From positions 1 to 59,039 of IMG/VR virus record IMGVR_UViG_3300036975_000019: a stretch of 59,039 nt of DNA; one strand, written 5' to 3'. A program made the translations under genes and the position numbers. The stretch is from a virus (Duplodnaviria > Caudoviricetes). This document shows, piece by piece, positions 8,608-17,522 of the stretch. Below the pieces are notes generated by a model. It saw only the letters and a program-made list of their open reading frames with translations, searched no databases and was not told the DNA's origin. Numbering within the stretch: position 1 is the first letter of the stretch; each line of letters starts with the position of its first letter.

Positions 8608-9903
8608 TTGCAGCAGGCACTTTTACAATTTTGGCGTGGACAGGTCGAGCGCATCAAGGACAGGCTGAGGCCGGGCATACCACGAAATCGGAGAGAGGCA
8701 AAGGCGCCGCAGAGCCGGCTTGATGCCTCGTTCTGGTCGGATGAAAACCGCGAGTTGCTGGCCGTTCTCATTCCAGCTCTATCTGATGCGTCACAGGATG
8801 GCGCAGAGTGGATGGTAAATTGGGTAGACAGTACGCTGGGCATCGGCATCGACTGGACGCTCATCAATGCCGATGCAGTAGAATGGGCGCGAAAATATGC
8901 TGCCGAGTTGGTGCGAGGTATCAATAGCACGACGCGAGATCAGATCAAGCGTCACGTTTCGGCTTGGTTGGATACGCCGGGCCGCACGATGGGCGATCTG
9001 TTTGCAGAACTAGAGAGTCTGCCGGGATTCAATGAATCACGCGCACAAATGATCGCGGTGACGGAAATCACGCGGGCCTATGCTGAAGGAAACAAATTGA
9101 GCGCACAAAAATATGAGGACGAAGGACTATTTACCTGGAAGCGAGTCTGGCAGACGAACAACGATGACAAAGTGTGTCCGCTATGCGCGCCATTGCACGG
9201 CACAACAGCAAAGGGAACAGATGGCGAATATGAGGACGGCACACAGCATCCGCCACGACATCCGCGTTGTCGATGTTGGGAGAATTGGGAGCCGGACATT
9301 TCGCGGGTAGCATTTACCGTCGCTAGAGGTGCAACAGATGCAGAGATAGAAGCAACAGGAAATTTATTCGTCTTTAACGAAGGATCGGACTGGACGCCCG
9401 ACGAGAGAGAAATTGCAGATCGTGCGCTGGAAAAATTAAGCGCACTGAATCCGTTCAGGGATATAACGGAACTAGTACGAGTAACTGGACAAGAAGAATT
9501 TGTAGCGTATTCGTTGGGAGATGGTCGGGTTATGGTGGGGGATGCCTTTTTCGACGAGTTTTATCAGCGCATACTAAACAAATCCTATGGGGGGCGACCT
9601 GGTGTATTAGCTCACGAGCTAGGGCATGAATTAGCTGAGCAGATGATACCAGAGCAGCGAGCCGCTTATGCAGATATTTTTGCTAGGAATAAGAACTGGT
9701 GGCGCGATAATTACGATAAGGTTGGCATCAAGACCGACTATTCGAACATCGACGAGGTAACATTGAGGTACTGGCCATCGTATCAGGCCATGAACGGATG
9801 GCAGGAGGATTTGGCAGAGAGCTATCGAGTTTATTTGAGGGCTGGCGGCGAGATGGGGGATCTTGGTGAGAGGCGTGAGCTAATTCAGGAGTTATTGCGG
9901 TGA
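8608..9903 (+). CDS. MuF (Mu gpF-like) minor head protein with C-terminal HEXXH metallopeptidase-like extension; own start doubtful
   Basis: RAQMIAVTEITRA, DDKVCPLC..LHG, PPRHPRCRC are MuF motifs; LAHELGHE...EDLAES is zincin-like; frame is open from 8491. Confidence 0.85.
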   Translation: MQQALLQFWRGQVERIKDRLRPGIPRNRREAKAPQSRLDASFWSDENRELLAVLIPALSDASQDGAEWMVNWVDSTLGIGIDWTLINADAVEWARKYAAELVRGINSTTRDQIKRHVSAWLDTPGRTMGDLFAELESLPGFNESRAQMIAVTEITRAYAEGNKLSAQKYEDEGLFTWKRVWQTNNDDKVCPLCAPLHGTTAKGTDGEYEDGTQHPPRHPRCRCWENWEPDISRVAFTVARGATDAEIEATGNLFVFNEGSDWTPDEREIADRALEKLSALNPFRDITELVRVTGQEEFVAYSLGDGRVMVGDAFFDEFYQRILNKSYGGRPGVLAHELGHELAEQMIPEQRAAYADIFARNKNWWRDNYDKVGIKTDYSNIDEVTLRYWPSYQAMNGWQEDLAESYRVYLRAGGEMGDLGERRELIQELLR

Positions 9904-10166
9904 TTTCATCGCGGCTAGTGGATATACAGAGTCAATTAGAAACTGATCCTGGCCGGTGGTTTCCGGACGGAAAGACAAATCGACGGGCAGCAAATCAAGA
10001 GTTAGGGCGAATGGTAGGACAAGCCCTGTCGGTGTTTGACGAATGGGCCTTGTATGCTATCGCGATGTATGGGCGTTATATTGTCGCCAATTCACAAGAC
10101 GAAACCGGGACAGCCATCACGATCAGCCAGTGGATAAAGTCAGTCGAGCAAGGGGCACATGTTTAG
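9900..10166 (+). CDS. Hypothetical protein (possible immunity partner of the MuF extension)
   Basis: GTGA-coupled to MuF; 88 aa. Confidence 0.45.
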   Translation: MISSRLVDIQSQLETDPGRWFPDGKTNRRAANQELGRMVGQALSVFDEWALYAIAMYGRYIVANSQDETGTAITISQWIKSVEQGAHV

Positions 10167-10358
10167 CAAAGCCCCAAAGTCACCACAGAAGACGGTTTGT
10201 CCACTAGGGGCAAATTCCAAGTTCGGGTGATCGGCGGGGTACGCCCAAGTGTTGAAATTACCCCTTGATTGTTCGAATGCGGCAATAACGGCGCGAGTCG
10301 GGGACGTGAAATAAGTAATCCATTGTCCCGTGTTGAGATTAAAAACGTGTGTTTTCAT
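10140..10358 (-). CDS. Small moron-like hypothetical protein on the reverse strand
   Basis: GAAAGG RBS before ATG 10358; has its own promoter and leader. Confidence 0.55.
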   Translation of the reverse strand: MKTHVFNLNTGQWITYFTSPTRAVIAAFEQSRGNFNTWAYPADHPNLEFAPSGQTVFCGDFGALLNMCPLLD

Positions 10359-10482
10359 AGGAACCTTTCTAATACAAAAACCCACCCGCCTCAACCAGCG
10401 CTACTGTCTAGGCAACGCAGGAGACGGGCAGGTCAAAAAACAAACAAAAAGCACGGTATTGCCGCATTGCCTAGACAGATAT

Positions 10483-10511
10483 AGTATATCATTTTTGGGA
10501 TGATTTGTCAA
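10483..10511 (-). promoter_or_regulatory. sigma70-type promoter TTGACA-17-TATACT for the reverse moron
   Basis: Reverse complement of TGTCAA 10506-10511 and AGTATA 10483-10488. Confidence 0.75.
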
Positions 10512-10987
10512 TGACCGCTGAATTAGAAATCAAAGGGCTAGATGAGGTCCAGCAATATCTTGCCAAATTCCCGGCACAGATTAACGCTGACCTGCAATCG
10601 GCAATGAAGGGTGCCGCCGCTTTGGTCAAATCTAGGCTTAACCAATATCCTCCGTTATCTGAGGCCAACACGCCGCCAGGGCCAAACGGCTATTCGTGGT
10701 ATGAACGGGGCTACGGCGTGCAAACGGTAACGGGCAAAGGCTATCCTGTTTCTAAAGTGTTAGGGCGCTCGTGGACAAGCGTCGTCAAAGGCGAGGGAAT
10801 GGACGTAAAAGGCATTATCGGCACGCCCGTTTCGTATGCGCCTTTTGTACACGACGAAAGGCGCCAGGCTAGTTTCCATCGACGGCGAGGATGGCAGACA
10901 GCACAGGCAGTATTGGACAAAAACGCGCCGGTTATACAAGAGTTTTTTGACAAGATGATTGAGCGAATCATTGCCAGGGTGTCTTGA
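10511..10987 (+). CDS. HK97 gp10-like / Mu gpG-like virion morphogenesis protein
   Basis: LEIKGLDE N-terminus; LGRSW; IGTPVSYAPFVH. Confidence 0.7.
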   Translation: MTAELEIKGLDEVQQYLAKFPAQINADLQSAMKGAAALVKSRLNQYPPLSEANTPPGPNGYSWYERGYGVQTVTGKGYPVSKVLGRSWTSVVKGEGMDVKGIIGTPVSYAPFVHDERRQASFHRRRGWQTAQAVLDKNAPVIQEFFDKMIERIIARVS

Positions 10988-10997
10988 GGGAGACAGT

Positions 10998-11327
10998 ATG
11001 AAATGGTTTAGATGTCCAAAATGTGGATTTGTGGATACGGCAAAAACGCAGATCGAAATTACAGCCTGCTTGCGCCTTGAGGACATACAGAAAGAGCCAT
11101 ACGGCGCGCTTATATATGATGATTATGAGTATATTCAGAATCCGCGCGCTTTGCAATGTGTCATTTGCGGATCAACCGTTGCTGTAGTAGAGAAACCGTG
11201 TCATCACGACTGGGGCCGCATTGAATGGGGCTATGGCGGCAATAAGGGCCAGGCGCGTCAACAATGCCAGCGATGCGGAGAGTATCGTTATGGCAAGGGC
11301 AAAAGCCCAGCGTGGGAGAGCGCATGA
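10998..11327 (+). CDS. Cys-rich hypothetical protein
   Basis: CPKC, CVIC, CHHDW, CQRC; RBS GAGGGAG. Confidence 0.6.
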   Translation: MKWFRCPKCGFVDTAKTQIEITACLRLEDIQKEPYGALIYDDYEYIQNPRALQCVICGSTVAVVEKPCHHDWGRIEWGYGGNKGQARQQCQRCGEYRYGKGKSPAWESA

Positions 11328-11488
11328 CATCCGATCTTTCACCCGCAGCCATCAAATTGGCTCGCCGCCTGCAGGCATTACCAGCAGGTCGATTCTATTT
11401 GGCAATTTTGTACAAAGCCGCTAAAATATGGTTGCTGGGCATTTTGACACCGAGGGGGATCAAAGCAGAGAGGATACAGGGGGAGTGA
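11324..11488 (+). CDS. Small hypothetical protein
   Basis: ATGA-coupled, GGGAG RBS. Confidence 0.5.
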   Translation: MTSDLSPAAIKLARRLQALPAGRFYLAILYKAAKIWLLGILTPRGIKAERIQGE

Positions 11489-11691
11489 AATTATCTGGAG
11501 AACAATTAGACGCATTAGAGGATTTATTGTCAAGGCGCATGGATATGCAGTATTGGCTATTTGCTATGTGGCAAAATCGGGATAAGAGATCAGAAATCGC
11601 CGAACAGTTTTATGAAACGTGGACGAAGCACCGAAGGGAGTTTGAGTCGTGGTGGTTGCTTGTTAAAAACGTTTTTGGGGGAACGCAATGA
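11485..11691 (+). CDS. Small hypothetical protein
   Basis: GTGA-coupled ORF. Confidence 0.5.
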   Translation: MKLSGEQLDALEDLLSRRMDMQYWLFAMWQNRDKRSEIAEQFYETWTKHRREFESWWLLVKNVFGGTQ

Positions 11692-12101
11692 AACTATCCA
11701 GACGTGATATGCTAAAAGGATTCGGCGCATTCATTGCCGGTCTGTTGATGGGCGCGGCAAAGGCTGAGATGAAGCAAGACGAGCCAAAGATGCAAGAGGC
11801 TGATGACATTATTGATGAGGGGTGGGATTATAACAAATGGGTCACGCCTCTCGATTCCTATCGTGATTTCGGGCACACTTGGGCTTGTGCATCATGGTAT
11901 GCGCGGATACATACGCGCGCGCCAACTGTTGACGACTGGCCAGTCGTGTCGGGGGTGACTATAATGTGGTTTGCAGAAAATCCTATTCCCGAGGGATGGG
12001 TAGAATCAGGCAAAAACGGCACGCCTAGGGTGCTAAATTACATTATAGGCGGTATTGATATGGTACAAGAACCCGACGTTATTTTCATTACGAAAGTCTA
12101 G
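11688..12101 (+). CDS. Twin-arginine signal peptide protein with tail-collar-like C-terminal motif
   Basis: MKLSRRDMLKGFGAFIAGLLMGAAKA; C-terminal GVTIMWFAENPIPEGWVESGKNGTP. Confidence 0.6.
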   Translation: MKLSRRDMLKGFGAFIAGLLMGAAKAEMKQDEPKMQEADDIIDEGWDYNKWVTPLDSYRDFGHTWACASWYARIHTRAPTVDDWPVVSGVTIMWFAENPIPEGWVESGKNGTPRVLNYIIGGIDMVQEPDVIFITKV

Positions 12102-12123
12102 TTAGGCTAACAATTACATATCC

Positions 12124-12235
12124 GCCCGCACACCAGCGGGCTAGAGCACCAGGAACGGGCAATCGCCCGATAACACGGGGCTAGATTTTCAGAGTGATGT
12201 TAAATCGTCGCCGGAATCTAGCCCCGTTTTGTTTT
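12124..12235 (+). promoter_or_regulatory. Structured leader with terminator-like hairpin upstream of the capsid gene
   Basis: Hairpins 12124-12141 and 12156-12169; ACGGGGCTAGATT/AATCTAGCCCCGT stem followed by TTTGTTTT. Confidence 0.6.
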
Positions 12236-12247
12236 GGAGGTAACAAA

Positions 12248-14620
12248 ATGCCAGTACCACAACCGAACGAATCAGAGCAGGATTTTGTTTCTCGTTGTAC
12301 CCCCATCGTTATGGAGGACGGCACGGCGGAGGACAACGAACAGGCTACCGCTGTTTGTCATTCAATGTATAGGCAGGCACAGGAAGCGGTCAGAATTGAC
12401 GTTGCCGTTACGCCGCGGCTCATTGAGGGCGCGCAGTTTACAGGGAAAGCCTGGGACGTAACCATTATCGGCGCCGAGGATGGCCAGCCGCCGCTTGTCG
12501 TGGACGGGCGAGAGTTCGTCGTCAGCAAAAACGGGAGACTGTACGCCGTAGACGCATTGCGCGCATCCGCGTCTATGTGGGAAGGGGTCAAAGTCTATGA
12601 CAACCATCTCACCGATGCAGAATTTGAGCAGCGCGGCGGGATGCGCTCTGTCAAAGACGAATGGATTGGCACACTGCTCAACGTGCAATGGAACGAGGGT
12701 CGGCGCCAGTTGCGTGCTGAATTTCGCGTCGTAGACGATGCGCTGGCGGCCAAACTCAAAAGCGCCCTAGACGAGGGCGTGCTAGGATCAATCGGGTTGT
12801 CAATCGACGCCTTTCCGATTGTCGGAAACGCTGTCTTGCACGAGGGCAGACAGTGGCCGGTGATCGAAGGCTTCGAGAAAATATTATCAGTGGATTTAGT
12901 TGCAGAGCCAGCAGCAGGGGGACGGTTCAATCGAATTATCGCGGCGAAGCAACCAAGAGAAAAAACACAAGGAGCAATGCAAATGGCTGAGAACGAAACC
13001 AATGAGAACGTTCTGACCAAGAACGATGTGGCAGAAATGATCTCGGCAGCCTTGGCGGAAGCCCTCGCCGCGAAGGACGCCGAGAATGAGCCGGTCGAAG
13101 AGGCCGAACCGGAACCGGAGCAAGCGCCGGTTGAAGAGGCCGAAGACGAGCCAGAAGACGAGGCTGACGACGTGACGGAAAAAGTCGAAGCCGAACTCGA
13201 AAAATTGGCAACAGAGCGGGCGCAATTGATGGTTGACCGCAAGCTGATGGCTGCTCGACTGAACGAAAAACACGAGGCCATTATTAGATCTGCCGTCAAT
13301 GGGCGCAAAGTCACAGAGGCATTTGTAGATGGCTTGATCAAGCAAGCCAAAGAGGCCCAAGCTGGTGCCGATCCATCGGGGCGCGTATCGGGTGCCGGCA
13401 ATGCACCGTCGCCACAAATCGTGCTTGACGAGCACGAGAAAGCCGCCGCTGAGTTTTTGCGGATGGTTGCGGGTAACACCCGTTTTCGTGGTCTGGAAAA
13501 CATCGAGGACGAAGACGTTGCCCACCGCCTGCATGAGAACATCGGCTACAAGGCCTGGGTCAAAGACGGCAAACCGCGCGACGGGTATGGTATGCGCCGT
13601 CTGTCCGACTGGGTTTACCAGTACTGGGGCGATCCGCTGGATGCCTCCCGCTTTTATGAGGCATCGACGACCAGTTCAATCTCGTCAATCGTCAAATCGG
13701 CACTCAACGTGATGCTGGCTGCCAACTATGCCACGCGGCACAAATGGTGGCTGCCGATTGTCCGAGAGGAAGAGATTGACACCATCGACGCGCCGACGCT
13801 GGTCCGCGCTTATGGGCTGGATATGCTTGACGTGGTGAACGAAGGCAATGCCTACACCGAGATGGGATGGGTAGATGAGGAAGAAACCGCCGCTTTCGTG
13901 AAGCGCGGGAACTACGTGGGCGTGACGCTCGAAGCGATGCTACGCGACAAAGTGCAAGTCATTCGCACGCTGCCCGAGCGACTGGCAACTTCGTGGTACA
14001 ACTCGATTTCATACCGCGTCAACCAGGTATTCGACGGCAACAGCGCCGCAGGACCAGTGTTGAGCGACACGGGCGCGTTGTTCAATAGCACTGCCGTTAC
14101 CACGGGAGGCGGACATGCTAACCTGCTGACCGCCGCGCTAACCTACGACAACTATACCGCCTCGCGCACGGCTATGATGAAACAGACCGATCAGTACAGC
14201 GGCGCGGGCACGGAAAAAGGTGTTCGTATGTTGATCCGCCCGAAGTTTATTGTCGTTCCGGTTGACCTGGAAGGTACGGCCCAAGCGATCTTTGGGACCG
14301 AGATGAAGCCCGGCAGCGCCAACAATGACATCAACCCCTACTATAACGAGTGCCAAGTTGTCGTCGATCCCCACAGCACCGATACGAACAACTGGGCGCT
14401 GGTGGCAGATCCGGTAGAGTTCCCGGCGATTTGGGTGCTTTACCTGAGAGGCAATCGCGTGCCAGAGCTGTACAGTGCGGGTGATGAATCTGCAGGCGCG
14501 ATGTTCACCAATGACACGCTGCGCTGGAAGGTTCGTCAGTTGACGTTCCGATTCAGCTCGACGTATGATTGCAGTCCTGTGTCGGATTTCCGCCCACTTC
14601 ACAAGAACAACGTGAGCTAG
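12248..14620 (+). CDS. Head protease-scaffold-major capsid fusion (Mu gpI/gpT-like)
   Basis: GGAGG RBS; protease-like YDNH, IGLSI, SVDLVAEPAAGG; acidic scaffold; HK97-fold capsid motifs RPKFIVVP, NNDINP, NNWALVADP. Confidence 0.88.
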   Translation: MPVPQPNESEQDFVSRCTPIVMEDGTAEDNEQATAVCHSMYRQAQEAVRIDVAVTPRLIEGAQFTGKAWDVTIIGAEDGQPPLVVDGREFVVSKNGRLYAVDALRASASMWEGVKVYDNHLTDAEFEQRGGMRSVKDEWIGTLLNVQWNEGRRQLRAEFRVVDDALAAKLKSALDEGVLGSIGLSIDAFPIVGNAVLHEGRQWPVIEGFEKILSVDLVAEPAAGGRFNRIIAAKQPREKTQGAMQMAENETNENVLTKNDVAEMISAALAEALAAKDAENEPVEEAEPEPEQAPVEEAEDEPEDEADDVTEKVEAELEKLATERAQLMVDRKLMAARLNEKHEAIIRSAVNGRKVTEAFVDGLIKQAKEAQAGADPSGRVSGAGNAPSPQIVLDEHEKAAAEFLRMVAGNTRFRGLENIEDEDVAHRLHENIGYKAWVKDGKPRDGYGMRRLSDWVYQYWGDPLDASRFYEASTTSSISSIVKSALNVMLAANYATRHKWWLPIVREEEIDTIDAPTLVRAYGLDMLDVVNEGNAYTEMGWVDEEETAAFVKRGNYVGVTLEAMLRDKVQVIRTLPERLATSWYNSISYRVNQVFDGNSAAGPVLSDTGALFNSTAVTTGGGHANLLTAALTYDNYTASRTAMMKQTDQYSGAGTEKGVRMLIRPKFIVVPVDLEGTAQAIFGTEMKPGSANNDINPYYNECQVVVDPHSTDTNNWALVADPVEFPAIWVLYLRGNRVPELYSAGDESAGAMFTNDTLRWKVRQLTFRFSSTYDCSPVSDFRPLHKNNVS

Positions 14621-14660
14621 TTTATCAGGGGCAGACCATCGCCCCTTAAGGAGACATAAC

Positions 14661-15962
14661 ATGAACGAGAATCAGAAAAAGTGGCTGGGGTATGCGATTG
14701 TCGTGGCTGCGATCATTCTGTCGAATGTGTTGTTCGGCTACGTGATTCCGTATCCCTCGCCGCCTGTGGAAATGCCATTCGGCGCACAGGGCTATACCAA
14801 TTTCACCGGCTTGATTGTCGAAGCGCCAACATATCAGGCAACCAACGAGCCTGCAATGCAGGTGGACAATGACGGCGTGTCCAACGTGTTCGAGGTTTTG
14901 GACGGCGGCACACCCGCGCTGGTTGTGGACTCAGACGGCAATACCACCATCAGCGGCACGTGCAGCGGGTGCTCGGTCAACTCCGCTTCCGGTCTGCGCA
15001 TCACCCAACCCACGGCAGCAACGACGGCGACGCCTGCACTGGCGGTGAATAGCCTTGCGGCCGGGGCAAACTTGCTGGAGGTCCAAGACGCGAGCACGCC
15101 CGTGTTTGTGGTAGAGAATGGCGGGGATCATACTATCGCCGGCAATGTGGCTATAGCACAACCAACGGCGGCGGCAACGGCAACGCCGATGGTTTATGCG
15201 AATACCGCGGCCGACGCGCCGGATCTGCTCGTTGTCGCAAAAGACGCCACGCCAGTCGTCTCTGTCCACAATGACGGAACGCTGGACGTTGAAGGTGATG
15301 TCGATGTCGGCGATACGTTGAACGTTGACGGCGATATCGATCTGGACGGCGACGGGTTCGACGTGAACATCACTGCAGGTTTCTCGATTGATGGTGACGC
15401 CGCGAGTAACATCAATATCAACACCGGCGATCTGACGATTGAGAACGAGGACAAATCGATCATTATCAAAGGCGACGAGGCGGCGGCGGACGCGATCTAT
15501 CTGGATGCCAATGACGCAGCAGGCACCGGGGTTTCTATCGTAACCGGCGCGTCGGCGGGGCTGTCCATTGATGGTGGGCTGACCGACATCGGCGGTGGTA
15601 CATACACCGTTGCGGACGGGGATAACGATTTGGGCGTCGAGGGTGACATTGAAACCAATGGGAACCTGGTGTTGTCCAGTGCCAATTATCCAGTTGAGCA
15701 CGGCAGCGCCGGGCGCGAGATCTATTTTGGTGTGACCAGCGCGTTTACCGGCACGACAACGGTATTGAGCACGACGACAGGAATCGAGAATGTAGTGGCA
15801 GCTCTGTGCCAGGTGGATGACCCGGATGACGATTCTGGAGATGCGTTTTTGTGCATCGGCTCGCATACTGACGGTGATGTAACGCTGACGGCGCTGGATG
15901 ACTCTGGCGATGAATCGACCGAGGTCGATACGACAGTCTACTACATTATCTTGGGCTACTAG
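14661..15962 (+). CDS. Capsid-associated fibre/decoration-like protein with N-terminal hydrophobic segment
   Basis: Follows MCP; KKWLGYAIVVAAIILSNVLFGY; repeats (I.QPTAA.TATP, LLEV.D..TPVF.V.N.G). Confidence 0.6.
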   Translation: MNENQKKWLGYAIVVAAIILSNVLFGYVIPYPSPPVEMPFGAQGYTNFTGLIVEAPTYQATNEPAMQVDNDGVSNVFEVLDGGTPALVVDSDGNTTISGTCSGCSVNSASGLRITQPTAATTATPALAVNSLAAGANLLEVQDASTPVFVVENGGDHTIAGNVAIAQPTAAATATPMVYANTAADAPDLLVVAKDATPVVSVHNDGTLDVEGDVDVGDTLNVDGDIDLDGDGFDVNITAGFSIDGDAASNININTGDLTIENEDKSIIIKGDEAAADAIYLDANDAAGTGVSIVTGASAGLSIDGGLTDIGGGTYTVADGDNDLGVEGDIETNGNLVLSSANYPVEHGSAGREIYFGVTSAFTGTTTVLSTTTGIENVVAALCQVDDPDDDSGDAFLCIGSHTDGDVTLTALDDSGDESTEVDTTVYYIILGY

Positions 15963-15972
15963 GAGGCGAATA

Positions 15973-16338
15973 ATGGATAACTATGTTGTATTAGGCTTTA
16001 CGCTCGTCAATCCAGCCGACGCCTCCGCCCTGGGCGATAACGATTTCTACCAGAACGTGCCGTGCGATATGACTATCATTTACGTCTGCGCCGCATCTGA
16101 TACCGATGATGCAGACCTCACAGTAGACATCAACGACGATGGAACGGGCGCAATTGAGGCTATCTCGTGCGCGGACAAAGAAGATCCCGGCGAGTGGAAA
16201 TCGACGCACGTTGGCGGGACTAACGATCCTGTTCGAGTTGCAGCCGGCAGCGAACTGTCGTTTGACGTAAATGACGCGGATGCAGCAACAACCATACATC
16301 TCACCATTTGGGCGCTCGCGTCCGAGGTGTGGGCATAA
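15973..16338 (+). CDS. Putative decoration protein, paralog A
   Basis: AGGAGG RBS; beta-rich and acidic; highly similar to the next gene. Confidence 0.7.
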   Translation: MDNYVVLGFTLVNPADASALGDNDFYQNVPCDMTIIYVCAASDTDDADLTVDINDDGTGAIEAISCADKEDPGEWKSTHVGGTNDPVRVAAGSELSFDVNDADAATTIHLTIWALASEVWA

Positions 16339-16349
16339 GGAGAATTGAC

Positions 16350-16712
16350 ATGAAACCAGTAGTTTTGAATTTTACGATGGTCAACCCTGCCGAGGGCGGG
16401 GCGCTGGGCGCGCTCGATTTCTATCAGAACGTGCCATGCGATCTGACCATTGTCTATGTGTGTGCCGCAGCCGACACGGATGACACCGGCCTGACTGTCG
16501 ATATCAATGACGATGGAAGCGGGGTCATCACTGGCATCGACGCGGCAGACAAAGAAGATCCGGGCGAGTGGAAAAGTACTCACGTCGGTGGGACCAATGA
16601 TCCCGTTGTGGTTGCGGCTGGCAGTGAGCTGTCGTTTGATGCCAACAATGCGGCCAATGCGACGACTGTTCACATCTCGATCTGGGCGCTCATCTCCGAG
16701 GTCTGGGCATAG
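16350..16712 (+). CDS. Putative decoration protein, paralog B
   Basis: AAGGAG RBS; shares DFYQNVPCD, ADKEDPGEWKSTHVGGTNDPV and SEVWA with paralog A. Confidence 0.7.
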   Translation: MKPVVLNFTMVNPAEGGALGALDFYQNVPCDLTIVYVCAAADTDDTGLTVDINDDGSGVITGIDAADKEDPGEWKSTHVGGTNDPVVVAAGSELSFDANNAANATTVHISIWALISEVWA

Positions 16713-16766
16713 TGATAGAATGAGGCGGGGCGACACATTACCCCGCCTCCTGAAAGGCAATTGAAT

Positions 16767-17018
16767 ATGGACGAAAAACTGATCAAACGGGCGCGTTTGT
16801 ACCTGGGCGATGACGGCGAAATGCTGGGCTGTCGCGTCGATGAACAATGGAACGTGCTGCGCGTGGTTATAGATTACGGGGTCAAGGGGACAAAGGTGTT
16901 TAATATCCCACTGGCCGACCTGCCAGAACTGCCAAAACCCAAGCCGAAGCCGAGAGCCAAGCGGACGCGAACGGTACGCAAGGCCGCGCCCAAGCCGGCA
17001 GAGGAGGGGGGCGAATGA
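16767..17018 (+). CDS. Hypothetical protein with basic C-terminal tail
   Basis: GAAAGG RBS; coupled to the next gene. Confidence 0.55.
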   Translation: MDEKLIKRARLYLGDDGEMLGCRVDEQWNVLRVVIDYGVKGTKVFNIPLADLPELPKPKPKPRAKRTRTVRKAAPKPAEEGGE

Positions 17019-17512
17019 ACGCACCAATTATCACGAAGCCCTTTTCCGGCATTTTAGAATCGGGTATAACCGAGCTAATCGGCATCAATGAAAAAGTCGA
17101 TCAAAATGACTATAGCGGCAGTGTCGATGTTGATGTATCACCAGGCCCACAGAATGCCAGTGGCGTGATTCAACAGTTCTCGTTTTACCAGACTGAGGAT
17201 AGCGGCGGGGCCATCCTGTCGCCTGCTGGCACGCTCTACATTTTGGACGCTGATCCTGATGTTGAAAGCGGGGCTACCTCGCTTGATGCTGCCGAATGGG
17301 TGACGGTCATCGGCACGGTGGATGTCGCCGCGACGGACTGGAAAGCGGACGCAAAAGGCAGTATTGCGACAATCACTGATAATTTGATCTACTTTCACGG
17401 TGTCGCCAGTCTGTATTTTACATTCAAACTGACCAGTGCCACATCGGTCAACAGCGCGGCAGGCGATGATGAGCAGCTAGAATTCAATTTTTGGTATCAG
17501 CTCTATAGTTAG
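17015..17512 (+). CDS. Putative virion structural protein
   Basis: Beta-rich ORF in the structural operon; GGAGGGG RBS. Confidence 0.55.
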   Translation: MNAPIITKPFSGILESGITELIGINEKVDQNDYSGSVDVDVSPGPQNASGVIQQFSFYQTEDSGGAILSPAGTLYILDADPDVESGATSLDAAEWVTVIGTVDVAATDWKADAKGSIATITDNLIYFHGVASLYFTFKLTSATSVNSAAGDDEQLEFNFWYQLYS

Positions 17513-17522
17513 GCGGTGACGG

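Noticed and set aside
12595-17027. Long reverse-strand ORFs (12595-13542, 14931-15866, 16080-17027)
   Set aside because: Shadows of well-supported plus-strand structural genes
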